Origin: Candidatus Zhuqueibacterota bacterium
Lineage (GTDB): Bacteria; Zhuqueibacterota; Zhuqueibacteria; Thermofontimicrobiales; Thermofontimicrobiaceae
Length of the DNA: 64,000 bases
Direction: 5' to 3'
Assembly (NCBI GenBank): GCA_049322915.1
Contig: JBMOPW010000045.1
Coordinates: forward strand, 1-64,000
A program made the position numbers and the translations under genes. Below the pieces are notes generated by a model, which made no database searches, had not been told where the DNA came from, and saw only the letters and a list, made by a program, of their open reading frames with translations. Of the stretch, positions 1-9,965 are shown piece after piece (within the stretch, counting starts at the first letter, position 1; every line of letters begins with the position of its first letter).

Positions 1-145
1 GACTGCTTTTGGGGTGATTTTTTCATGGCTAAAGTGATCCTTTTTGGTTCGATATTCATGTGTTTAACCACCTTAATATACGAATCTTGGATCACTTTAG
101 CTACTATTTTATTTTAGAATTTTAGGTAATATTTATTGAGGGAAA

Positions 146-1666
146 TTGTTTTTTATAAATTCACTGCGTGACGAGTTAAATAAGGTTAAGCAGAAAGCTC
201 AGAAATTACTAACTGGAGATGGACTAAAAAGCAAAGTGGTTCGTGGAAGCTTTTGGTTGGGCTCAGCGAATTCTCTGGAACAAGGGTTGCGCTTAGTTCG
301 AAACATGATTCTCGCCAGGATATTAGCACCTGATGTTTTTGGTTTAATGGCTATTGTAATGGCCATCAATGTTTTTTTTGAATCTTTTACTGAAATTGGA
401 ATTAAACAGGCCATTATTCAAAGTCCACAAGGAGAACAAAATTCTTACCTTAACAGCGGTTGGTGGGTTTCTGTTGCTCGATCTGCATCATTATATTTTA
501 TTGCATTTATCTTTGCTCCTTTACTTTCGGACTTTTACAACCTTCCTGATCTTATTATATTAATTAGGGTGGCATTTATTAGTATTTTATTCAAGGGATT
601 CATGAGTCCGAGTTCCTTTGTCACCATTAAGAATATGAATTTTATAAAGTGGGTGAAGATATTTAATGTTGGTAGTTATATAGGAATTCTAACGTCTGTT
701 GTTTTATCCCTTATCATTCGTAATATATGGGCTTTGGTTATTGGACTTAATGTGGAATGGCTGGCTCGATTAATTCTTTCGTATCTTTATGCACCATTTT
801 CCCCTCAATTTAAAATTGATAAGAATGCATTTCGAAATCTTATTAAATATAGCAAAGGTATGTTTGGTTTGCCAATCCTGACTTTTATCTTTATGAGGGC
901 AGATATTTTTGTTATTGGCAAATTATGTCCGGCGAGTGATTTGGGAATGTACAGTTTAGTAGTATCATTAGCAACTATCCCATTTCAAATGGCAACAAAG
1001 CTAATAAGCGATGTAACGATGCCAGCATTTTCAACAATACAAACTGATAGAACACGATTAAGAAAGACATTTATTAAAGTTTCTTCAAAATTATCAATTG
1101 TTACTATTCCGTTTTTACTATTTTCAATATTATATAGTCGAGATTTACTCTTCGTTATTTATGGCCAAAAATATATGGCAATCTCAATTCCTTTTTGTAT
1201 TCTCATGGGGACTTCAGTTATCAGATTAATTAGTACACCAATCGCCGGGCTTTATTTGGCGATAGGACAGCCTCATCTCCATCGTTATTTTACCGCTATC
1301 AGAGCGTTTCTAATAATATTATTTATCTATCCGTCAATTAAATTTTTCGGTTTAATTGGCGCTGCCTCGGCTGGCTTTTTATCGATGAGCATCGGATACA
1401 TTTTTCAGGTCGGTAGGCTTTCGAAAATAATAGATCTAAATAAATATAGCTATTTTAAAATATTTGTAAACGCTATTATGGTCTCAGTTGTGATTATTTT
1501 TGTTTGGATAGTCGGCAATAAAATATTTGTTCTGGATCATTATTTAAATTTGTTGACTGGTATTTTCCTTTCCTTCCTTCTTTATTTTGTTCTATTTGCC
1601 ATCAAGCTCAAATTAAAATACAAGTTGCCTTTTACTCTGTATAATATTTTTCAGAATATGCCTTGA
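146..1666 (+). CDS. wzx: Polysaccharide flippase (Wzx/PST family)
   Basis: 506 aa, multiple hydrophobic TM segments; ILARILAPDVFGLMA and DIFVIGKL...LGMYSL motifs typical of PST flippases. TTG start is uncertain. Confidence 0.85.
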   Translation: MFFINSLRDELNKVKQKAQKLLTGDGLKSKVVRGSFWLGSANSLEQGLRLVRNMILARILAPDVFGLMAIVMAINVFFESFTEIGIKQAIIQSPQGEQNSYLNSGWWVSVARSASLYFIAFIFAPLLSDFYNLPDLIILIRVAFISILFKGFMSPSSFVTIKNMNFIKWVKIFNVGSYIGILTSVVLSLIIRNIWALVIGLNVEWLARLILSYLYAPFSPQFKIDKNAFRNLIKYSKGMFGLPILTFIFMRADIFVIGKLCPASDLGMYSLVVSLATIPFQMATKLISDVTMPAFSTIQTDRTRLRKTFIKVSSKLSIVTIPFLLFSILYSRDLLFVIYGQKYMAISIPFCILMGTSVIRLISTPIAGLYLAIGQPHLHRYFTAIRAFLIILFIYPSIKFFGLIGAASAGFLSMSIGYIFQVGRLSKIIDLNKYSYFKIFVNAIMVSVVIIFVWIVGNKIFVLDHYLNLLTGIFLSFLLYFVLFAIKLKLKYKLPFTLYNIFQNMP

Positions 1667-1768
1667 TACGATACGAAGAAGATTTCTTGAAGTTATGATA
1701 ACTAAATAAAGACATACAATATTAATTCATTCCTTATACGATAAATATAGGATGAGAAATACTTACTC

Positions 1769-2659
1769 ATGTCTGTCCGATTTAACCATTTTAGAAATCC
1801 AAAAAAGATTATCAATCAATATGTTCAACCACTCGTTACTTATTTTAAAATTCATAAACTTATTAACTATTGGCAACAAAAGCTCGATTATAAACTTCTT
1901 CCTATTTTACTTTATCATTCAGTTGGTGGAACTACTTTATCAAAATTTAATATGAGTTCGGAGGCCTTTGAACAGCAGATTGAATTTATCTCGAAAAAAT
2001 TTAGAATCGTCAGACTTTCGGAAATTGGACAAAAGCTTAATGAAACATCGGCAGGCTCAAGTCATGAAGGGTATTGTGTAATAACGTTTGACGATGCCTA
2101 TCAAAATATAATAAAAAATGTACATCCGATAATGGTTAAATATCAGGCTCCTTACACAATTTTTGTCCCAACTGATTTTATTGGCAGTATGACAAATTGG
2201 ATTCAGGTTCCTGAGCGTGTACTATCCGATGAGGAATTGAAAGCGTTGCATAAATCAAAACTGGTAGATTACGGTTCTCATATGGCGTCACATCAAAATA
2301 CAGAAGGTATCGATGAGGATATGTTGATGTTAGAAGCACAAAAATCGAAACGAGTATTGGAACAGCTATTGGCAATCGAAAGCATAATTATGTTTTCTTA
2401 TCCTTATGGTGGAATACATGACTACTCAAAAAAAACAATAAACCTATTACGGGAATCTGGTTATAAAATAGCTGTAACAACACGATTCAGTGCAATGAAT
2501 TCAGCCAAAGATATGATGATGCTACGAAGAATTCAATTAGATGAAAGTGATTCCTTAAAAACAATTCATGAGAAACTATTAGGGTATTATGATTGGTTTT
2601 TAATCAAAGAATATTTGACATTTCTTGTGAGGAAGATTTTTTCTATACCAGTCAGATGA
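1769..2659 (+). CDS. Polysaccharide deacetylase (CE4/NodB-like)
   Basis: ILLYHSV, ITFDDAY, GSHMASH and FSYPYG motifs. Confidence 0.9.
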   Translation: MSVRFNHFRNPKKIINQYVQPLVTYFKIHKLINYWQQKLDYKLLPILLYHSVGGTTLSKFNMSSEAFEQQIEFISKKFRIVRLSEIGQKLNETSAGSSHEGYCVITFDDAYQNIIKNVHPIMVKYQAPYTIFVPTDFIGSMTNWIQVPERVLSDEELKALHKSKLVDYGSHMASHQNTEGIDEDMLMLEAQKSKRVLEQLLAIESIIMFSYPYGGIHDYSKKTINLLRESGYKIAVTTRFSAMNSAKDMMMLRRIQLDESDSLKTIHEKLLGYYDWFLIKEYLTFLVRKIFSIPVR

Positions 2660-2684
2660 TTTCTAACATTGGATTTAATAGAAA

Positions 2685-4076
2685 ATGAACGATGATGCAG
2701 ATATAAGAAACATAGACTTTTATCAATTTAACGAGACGATACTAAATCCTTATGCATTAGGATTGACGATTCTAATGTGTCTCATCATATTGTTCGTAAA
2801 GCGGAGGTCCTATGCTGTATTGCCAATGATCGTGATTGCATTGTATATCACAAATCGGCAACGTTTGGTCATTGGTGGATTAGACTTCGATATGTTAAGA
2901 ATAATTGTTTTATTTGGATTAATTCGAGTTTTATTACAATCAGAATATAAAAATTTTAAATATCTGATGATTGATAAGGTCATGATATGGTTTGGTATTG
3001 TAGGAATTATTACATTCACTATCCAGCGAGGGAGTGTCGATGCATTTATCAACCGGCTGGGTTTTGCTTTTGATATTGTCGGCCTTTATTTTCTAGTTCG
3101 AATATTTATCGATAGCTTTGAAGATGTTGATAAAGTTGTAAAAACGATAGTTATACTAAGTATACCTATTGCCATAGCGATGATTATTGAACAAATTACA
3201 GGGAGGAATTTTTTTTCAATTTTTGGAGGCGTGCCTGAAATTAATATAGTTAGACAAGGGAACCTCCGATCCCAGGGAGCATTTTCTCATGCAATTTTAG
3301 CAGGAAGTTTTGGGGCGTCGCTCTTGCCATTGAGTTGGGGGCTATGGTATCAAAATAAAGCAAGTAAACCAATTGCATTGATGGGGTTTTTTTCCGGGAC
3401 AATAATAACAGTTACCTGTTCATCAAGCGGTCCGCTACTTTCGTATTTAGCAGCAATTTGGGGAATCATGTTTTGGATATTGCGCCAACATACAAGAATC
3501 GTGCAAATATTAATATTGTCAGGGGCGTTCATTTTACATATTTTCATGAAAATATTTCTTGGTGATCCTGTTTGGGCAGTACTGTACCGCATCACAATCG
3601 TTAAAGGGTCAACTGGTTGGCATCGCTATAATTTAATTCAACAATCAATCAATCGATTTGCGGAATGGGCATTGGTTGGAGTTACGTCGAGTGCTCACTG
3701 GGGTTGGGGATTACAGGATGTGACGAATATGTATATTCGTGTTGGAATCAATGGCGGAATTATCTCTTTAATATTGTTCATGACAACAATTGTTCTTGCC
3801 TTTCGAGGATTGGGAACGGTTATAAAAAACTTTGAAAGTCGTCCTTTCCTGCAAAAGTATGTATGGGCTATCGGGGTTTCAATATTTACTCATACAATTT
3901 CTTTTACGGGAGTATCCTATTTCGGTCAGATGATTATGTTCTGGTACATGGGTTTAGCGATTGCAGCGTCTATTAGTCAATTCAGTTTCGACAAGTACAG
4001 AAGTTATATGCAGCATTATTATCGCGACGCATACTCCCCAATTGTTGTTCAAAATGCAAACAGACAAATTACATGA
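2685..4076 (+). CDS. Wzy polymerase / O-antigen ligase-like membrane protein
   Basis: 463 aa polytopic protein; RSQGAFSHAILAG, SSSGP and DVTNMYI segments; position in polysaccharide locus. Confidence 0.7.
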   Translation: MNDDADIRNIDFYQFNETILNPYALGLTILMCLIILFVKRRSYAVLPMIVIALYITNRQRLVIGGLDFDMLRIIVLFGLIRVLLQSEYKNFKYLMIDKVMIWFGIVGIITFTIQRGSVDAFINRLGFAFDIVGLYFLVRIFIDSFEDVDKVVKTIVILSIPIAIAMIIEQITGRNFFSIFGGVPEINIVRQGNLRSQGAFSHAILAGSFGASLLPLSWGLWYQNKASKPIALMGFFSGTIITVTCSSSGPLLSYLAAIWGIMFWILRQHTRIVQILILSGAFILHIFMKIFLGDPVWAVLYRITIVKGSTGWHRYNLIQQSINRFAEWALVGVTSSAHWGWGLQDVTNMYIRVGINGGIISLILFMTTIVLAFRGLGTVIKNFESRPFLQKYVWAIGVSIFTHTISFTGVSYFGQMIMFWYMGLAIAASISQFSFDKYRSYMQHYYRDAYSPIVVQNANRQIT

Positions 4077-4153
4077 TACTAGACTGTTTTTTTATTCACC
4101 CATTTACCCGTAAATCCGTCAGGAGAAAGCAATATAAAAAGCGATAGGTTTTT

Positions 4154-6169
4154 GTGAAAAAAGTAATCAATCTAATCATCTTTTGTTTAATTTATTGTTC
4201 GAATTTTGGCTATCCTCAGACGCCAGAAATAATATTCATCGATACAACATTAGAACATGGCTCTGAATTTAATCAGGTTAATTTTGTTGCAAAATATCTG
4301 GGCATTCCAATCAAAGTAATCGAAGTAACATATAACAATAACAAGTCATTATCAAATTCATTCTTTAATATCTCTGAAATTGCTGGTGTCATAATTACGG
4401 CAAGAGCTTTGAAACTAATTGATAGAGAAACACTGATTGAAAATATCAAAGGGAAAAAGGGTAATAATAAGGCGCTATTTATTGTTGGAATAACTTCGCA
4501 ATCTGAGGATGATGTGCTTGGAATTTGGTCGGATGGAGCGATTCGTGCCTGCAATAGATTGTCTTGTTATGGAAATAATGGCTACCATCGTATAGCAGAT
4601 GATCCTCAAATTTGTTTTCAACTAGCAAGACAAGAAATTCCATTCCCGCATGACCCCGGATTATATGCCCAATATTTTGAGATGAAAGATAGGAGTAATG
4701 TACGGAGCATAATAGATTATGTGAGCGCTGATGGAGGCGTGGTTCAGCCTGTACTTTGCTATCAAATAATTGATCAAGTAAAAATTTTCTACCAAATTAT
4801 TATTTTTTCCAATGATGATTTAACCGATCAGAAAATATGGAAGTACGACGTAACACGTTTCATGGAAATCGCGCCAATCATGATGTTCCTCAAATGGATA
4901 TTTGGGGAGTATTGCTGGCATGCACCGAAAGCTATGGCCAATTTAACAATTGACGATCCCTGGTTAAAAAATGAATATGGGTATTTAAATTTTAACGCAT
5001 TGTTAACTGAAATGAAATTATATAATTTTCACACGACAATCGCATTTATTCCATGGAACTATGATAGAAATGACTCGGAAACTGTCGATCTATTTTTAAA
5101 CAATTCGGACAGATATTCAATCTGCATCCATGGGAATAATCACAATCACAGGGAATTTGGGGGGGAAGATGTAAAAGGTTCTGAGCGTAAAATCCAGGGC
5201 TATTATCAAGAACAAGAAAAGGACATCGTTCAAGCGTTAGCAAGAATGGAAAGATTTAAGAAAATAACAGGTATCAGCTATGGTAAAATCATGGTGTTTC
5301 CACATGGTATCGCAACTTACATGAGTTTATCTGTACTAAAAAAATATAATTTTCTAGCAACCGCAAATTCCAGGCATATCCCCACTGGAATCAAATTGCC
5401 TGATTCACAACAGTATATGTTGAGTAACTATAATATATTTGTTAACAATTTCTTAAGCTTCAGGAGGTCCAAACCACTTACTGCCGAATCATTAAATTTA
5501 GACTACAAGGTCGCTATAGATTTATTTCTCAATAATCCAATTATTTTTTATACTCATCATTCGTTTTTTCGAACAAGTATAAGTAATTTTAATTTAACTG
5601 CTCAGGTTGTTAACTCAATTGAATCTAAAATCGAGTGGGTAAATTTGACTAAACTTGTTCAGTATGCTTACCAAATCAGAAAGAGAAATGGAAAAAGTTA
5701 TGATATTAATTTGTATTCAACAGACTTTATTTTAGAAAATTGCACAAACGATTCAGCCACGTATTTCGTTCAGAAACAGGAATCACAAGATCCTAAAATT
5801 GAAAAAGTTATATTGAATGGAGAGCAGATTGATTGCTTTGAAGTAGATAATGGTCTGCTTAATTTAATCGTCACACTCCCACCACATGAACGGGGTCATA
5901 TAATCATCGAATACGAAAGTGAATTTGATGCGAATTTAATTGATATATCAAAATCTACATGGTCAGTAAATATATTGCGTTACATTTCTGATTTTCGAGA
6001 TAATACATTATCAAGAATTAAACTGTTGTCCAGTTTCATTGATTGGTACTATGAATCAAACTTGAATAAAAATCTGAATCGAATAATTTTTATTTTAATA
6101 ATTACAATTACGTTAATGACTTTTATTATATTGTTGAAATATATCAGGAGAAATAAACAAAGGATTTAA
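4154..6169 (+). CDS. Exported protein with deacetylase-like (NodB/DUF2334-type) domain and C-terminal membrane anchor
   Basis: Signal peptide; LTIDDP, IHGNNHNH, VFPHG and FYTHH motifs; C-terminal TM helix followed by KYIRRNKQRI. Confidence 0.6.
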   Translation: MKKVINLIIFCLIYCSNFGYPQTPEIIFIDTTLEHGSEFNQVNFVAKYLGIPIKVIEVTYNNNKSLSNSFFNISEIAGVIITARALKLIDRETLIENIKGKKGNNKALFIVGITSQSEDDVLGIWSDGAIRACNRLSCYGNNGYHRIADDPQICFQLARQEIPFPHDPGLYAQYFEMKDRSNVRSIIDYVSADGGVVQPVLCYQIIDQVKIFYQIIIFSNDDLTDQKIWKYDVTRFMEIAPIMMFLKWIFGEYCWHAPKAMANLTIDDPWLKNEYGYLNFNALLTEMKLYNFHTTIAFIPWNYDRNDSETVDLFLNNSDRYSICIHGNNHNHREFGGEDVKGSERKIQGYYQEQEKDIVQALARMERFKKITGISYGKIMVFPHGIATYMSLSVLKKYNFLATANSRHIPTGIKLPDSQQYMLSNYNIFVNNFLSFRRSKPLTAESLNLDYKVAIDLFLNNPIIFYTHHSFFRTSISNFNLTAQVVNSIESKIEWVNLTKLVQYAYQIRKRNGKSYDINLYSTDFILENCTNDSATYFVQKQESQDPKIEKVILNGEQIDCFEVDNGLLNLIVTLPPHERGHIIIEYESEFDANLIDISKSTWSVNILRYISDFRDNTLSRIKLLSSFIDWYYESNLNKNLNRIIFILIITITLMTFIILLKYIRRNKQRI

Positions 6170-6171
6170 CC

Positions 6172-7323
6172 ATGAAAAACCATATAAAACATTTGTGGAT
6201 GGCGATGGCCACTCTATTGATTATAGCGAATGCTCATTCTGATGCAAAAGTCATAATTAATCATTTTAATTGGAATCCTTCTCATATCGCTATAGAGAAA
6301 TTGGACAAAGTAAGGACATTGAAAATTATGTTCGGACATCAATCGGTTGGCACGAACATAGTTGATGGGCTGACAGCGTTATCTGATTCAAATTCAGTCC
6401 GATATGGCTTGAATATCCTATTTAAGCCGTCTAATTTGACCTCTCCAGCTTTTGGTCACTGGAAAAATGGTGAGAATCAAGATCCACATAGTAAAATTAT
6501 TGCATTCGATGCGAAAATGAGGAGCCAGGTGGGTAGCAACGATACTTGGGCAGACATCCTTGATATTGGTTATTTTAAATTTTGCTATGTCGATCTTAAC
6601 TTATCATCAATAAATACCGATAGCTTATATGAAGATTATGTTGGTAACATGATGAAACTGATAAGTGATTATCCTGAGTGTAAATTCGTTCATGTGACCA
6701 TTCCATTGTCGGCATTGATCTATGGGAGTGATAAAGATCGAAATAAACGACGCCATGAGTTCAACGTAAAAATCAGGAGCCTCGCTGATATAACCGAAGG
6801 TTATCTTTTTGATCTTGCTGATATAGAATCTCATGATGGAAACGGAATTCTACAAACATATGAATTGGATGGGAATGAATACCCAATGATGTGGTACGAT
6901 TCAAGCGACCCTGATAATAACGGATGGAGCTATGATGGCGGACATTTAAACAACAAGGGTAAAGAGCATATCGCACTGGCAATGTGGAGCTTATGGGTCG
7001 CATTGACAGACGATGGTTCATCGGAGGTAAAAAAATCATCGCAAGATAAGCATTTACCCGAGCAAGTTGAACTGTTTGGAAATTATCCGAATCCATTTAA
7101 CACGCAGACGACCTTAATATACAATGTACCAATTCCACAAAAAATAAAAATTGATATTTTCAATTCCCTCGGTCATTACATCACAACGATTGTGGATAAT
7201 GTGCAACATATTGGTTTTTATACCATTAAATTCAATGCCGAAAACCTGAAAAGTGGTGTTTACCTATATAGGATTCAGAATGAATCTTTTCAGCAGACAA
7301 AAAAAATGACATTACTACGATAG
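6172..7323 (+). CDS. SGNH-like hydrolase/acyltransferase domain plus T9SS type A sorting domain
   Basis: Signal peptide; FGHQSVG, FKFCYVD and DGGHLN motifs; C-terminal NYPNPFN...SGVYLY...KKMTLLR. Confidence 0.7.
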   Translation: MKNHIKHLWMAMATLLIIANAHSDAKVIINHFNWNPSHIAIEKLDKVRTLKIMFGHQSVGTNIVDGLTALSDSNSVRYGLNILFKPSNLTSPAFGHWKNGENQDPHSKIIAFDAKMRSQVGSNDTWADILDIGYFKFCYVDLNLSSINTDSLYEDYVGNMMKLISDYPECKFVHVTIPLSALIYGSDKDRNKRRHEFNVKIRSLADITEGYLFDLADIESHDGNGILQTYELDGNEYPMMWYDSSDPDNNGWSYDGGHLNNKGKEHIALAMWSLWVALTDDGSSEVKKSSQDKHLPEQVELFGNYPNPFNTQTTLIYNVPIPQKIKIDIFNSLGHYITTIVDNVQHIGFYTIKFNAENLKSGVYLYRIQNESFQQTKKMTLLR

Positions 7324-7369
7324 TAACGGTGATATTTGGATTCTATTATAAAAAAATTAGTAATGCAAC

Positions 7370-8020
7370 TTGGGAGATTGCTTGAAAATAGAAGATATTA
7401 TTTATAAAGTCTATTCTATTAAAAATAATAGATTGAGAAAATTCCTTCAAAAACAGATTAAACGAAGAGAAGGAGGTGAATTTTATTCACTAACACTGAG
7501 AAGGATTTTTAAGAATTATCATAAAATTGAAATTGGCTTATATAGTCACGGGGGATGTTTCATTCCAAGTCAAATGGATAAGTATACACAAATAGGCCGC
7601 TATTGTTCAATTGCGACGAGTGTGAGAATAATGAATCGGAATCACCCGATGAACTTTAAGTCGATGCATGCATTTTTTTTTAATCCTGCATTGAAGATTT
7701 GTGAGCATGATCCTATAGAGTATATATCTTTGACTATTGGGAATGACGTCTGGATAGGGCATAATGCGATTATCATGCCAAATGTCAAGGAAATTGGTCA
7801 TGGTGCTGTGATAGCTGCCGGAGCAGTCGTCAATAAAAATGTACCTCCTTACGCGGTTGTTGTCGGCAATCCTGCTCGTGTCGTCAGATATCGGTTTTCA
7901 GAAAAAGTGATTGATCAACTTCTTGCCTCGAAATGGTGGGACAATTCAATTGAGGAAATTAAGACGAATATCCAGGAATACCTTAACCCCTATGAAGAAA
8001 CAGATCAAGGCGACAACTAA
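7370..8020 (+). CDS. CatB/Vat-related hexapeptide-repeat O-acetyltransferase
   Basis: IGRYCSIA, IGNDVWIG, IGHGAVIAAGAVV, VGNPARVVRYRF and KWWD motifs; start may be TTG at 7382. Confidence 0.9.
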   Translation: MGDCLKIEDIIYKVYSIKNNRLRKFLQKQIKRREGGEFYSLTLRRIFKNYHKIEIGLYSHGGCFIPSQMDKYTQIGRYCSIATSVRIMNRNHPMNFKSMHAFFFNPALKICEHDPIEYISLTIGNDVWIGHNAIIMPNVKEIGHGAVIAAGAVVNKNVPPYAVVVGNPARVVRYRFSEKVIDQLLASKWWDNSIEEIKTNIQEYLNPYEETDQGDN

Positions 8021-8085
8021 TTCAATAGATGATAATTTTATTTCGATAAGTGTAAGAATTGAATTCTATTAATTATGGATGAATT

Positions 8086-9849
8086 ATGAATAAGTTAAAA
8101 TTTATTGTATGTATTGCATATCTCCAATTGCTAATTCCGATTGTCGGTCGAGCGCAATACTCATTGTTACATGAAGAATTCAGCCAACCGAATTTTGCAA
8201 CTCCTTCGAACATAAATCATCACGTGTTAAATTTTTTCCATCATTCGTGTGGTTTAAATTTATTAGAAGATGGTTTAATGGATAGTCTTGAGGGACTTGG
8301 ATATACTTTACATAGTAGAATTATTAGCACGTATGATTATGAAAATACCTATACTGATTATCGACACTGGTACAAGCGATTTCAACGGGAGTTAGGAATT
8401 CCTGTAGGCGACCATTATTATCGGTACGAAGGTCCTGATAAGAATGGAGAACCAGTTATCAGCACTCAAATAGATGATGATTACAGAGATTTTATGCTGA
8501 ATTATTATGATTTCAATGCTGAACGAATGGATATTATCATGTTTAAGCCATGTTACCCAAATTCTGAAATCAACGACTTCGATACACAATTTAACGCGAG
8601 TAGCGATAATAACGGATTTGGACAGGTAGTCAGTGGTACACCATATTCAGATAATGACTATAACAATTATCTGTATTTAAATTCGTCGTCGTCAGTGGAT
8701 GATGAGTATGATGCTGATTACTGGGAAAATGGAGTATGGCAGAAGGAAGCGTCTTCGTTAGCGCAACTGAAATGTGCTTACAGGGGAATGCTCAATATTT
8801 TTGTAAACAACCCAGAAATTCTTTTCATTGCGATGCAAGCCCCACCTTTGGCAGAATTGTCTAATGAAGAATCAGCGAGTTGCAGAGAGTTTGCCCGCTG
8901 GTTACGAGAGGACTGGCTTCATCAATATGATCCTCTGGGAATTGATCAGTTTGAAGATTATCCCTTAAAAAATGTTGTGCCCTTCGAATTCCATAATTCA
9001 GTCGGTTGGACTGGCAATAATCCACTCTTAGATGATGAGTACTTTTGGTTTGTGCAGGGTGGCTTTGCTGATAATACATTGGACACAAACGATTCAGATA
9101 AGATTGGGGAGAATGCATCTGGGAGAGATCATCCAGCTTCATGGCTTAACCAACGAACAGTCTCCATTTTCTGTGGCGGGACGGATATCTTTAGTCAGCA
9201 GTACACCGGCCAGCCGCCGCGAACGTATTATTGTTGGATTAATGCAGTTGTAAACCGATGGGAGATGCAATCCACACCTGTGGAATTGACGAACTTTTCC
9301 GCCAGGATATGGGAAAATTCTGTCATTCTCCAATGGTCCACTCAATCTGAAACCAATAACTATGGCTTTGAAGTGGAACGGGCTACTGATAGGATGAGCT
9401 TTAAAAAAATTGCATTTGTCCCTGGGAATAATACCACAACAAGTCCCAAAGACTACCAGTACGAGGACAACAGTCTGGTGTTTGGAAAGTACTTTTATCG
9501 TCTCAAACAAATTGATTGCACTGGCGAATATAGTTACTCAGCGGTTCTTGATGTTCATCTGGCAATAGCGCGCGGTTTTAAGCTGTACCAAAATTATCCC
9601 AATCCATTTAATGCTTCCACGAGTATCGCTTATGAGCTGCAGGACGCCGGAGATGTTGAATTAACCATTTATAACACAAAGGGGCAGGAGGTCAATCGGT
9701 TACTCCATGGCTATCAACATGCGGGATATCATTCTGCTAAATGGGACGGAACCGATTTTTCAGGCAGCTATGTCCCAACTGGAATTTACTATTGTAAGCT
9801 ACGGGCCAATCACGATTATCAGGTAATTAAACTGTCGTATTTGAAATAA
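8086..9849 (+). CDS. Secreted protein: divergent SGNH-like domain, Ig/FN3-like module and T9SS/FlgD-type C-terminal domain
   Basis: Signal peptide; FFHHSCG, MFKPCYP and DHP motifs; PVELTNF...ETNNYGFEVER module; QNYPNPFN CTD. Confidence 0.65.
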   Translation: MNKLKFIVCIAYLQLLIPIVGRAQYSLLHEEFSQPNFATPSNINHHVLNFFHHSCGLNLLEDGLMDSLEGLGYTLHSRIISTYDYENTYTDYRHWYKRFQRELGIPVGDHYYRYEGPDKNGEPVISTQIDDDYRDFMLNYYDFNAERMDIIMFKPCYPNSEINDFDTQFNASSDNNGFGQVVSGTPYSDNDYNNYLYLNSSSSVDDEYDADYWENGVWQKEASSLAQLKCAYRGMLNIFVNNPEILFIAMQAPPLAELSNEESASCREFARWLREDWLHQYDPLGIDQFEDYPLKNVVPFEFHNSVGWTGNNPLLDDEYFWFVQGGFADNTLDTNDSDKIGENASGRDHPASWLNQRTVSIFCGGTDIFSQQYTGQPPRTYYCWINAVVNRWEMQSTPVELTNFSARIWENSVILQWSTQSETNNYGFEVERATDRMSFKKIAFVPGNNTTTSPKDYQYEDNSLVFGKYFYRLKQIDCTGEYSYSAVLDVHLAIARGFKLYQNYPNPFNASTSIAYELQDAGDVELTIYNTKGQEVNRLLHGYQHAGYHSAKWDGTDFSGSYVPTGIYYCKLRANHDYQVIKLSYLK

Positions 9850-9965
9850 ATAGTGTTGTTTATCTGGTTTATGATTTTCTGTTTAAATGCATCTGAAAAT
9901 TTTTTTCAAGTGGACTTAGTTGGATGGGCAAGGAATTTCTGTAATTTGCTCAGGAAGCGCGTATT

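Noticed and set aside
7370..8020. Antibiotic resistance gene (catB/vat)
   Set aside because: The family motif is shared with sugar O-acetyltransferases and the gene lies inside a glycan locus
9926..9940. Sigma54-like sequence GGGCAAGGAATTTCT before the ligase
   Set aside because: Lacks the TTGC -12 element at the right spacing
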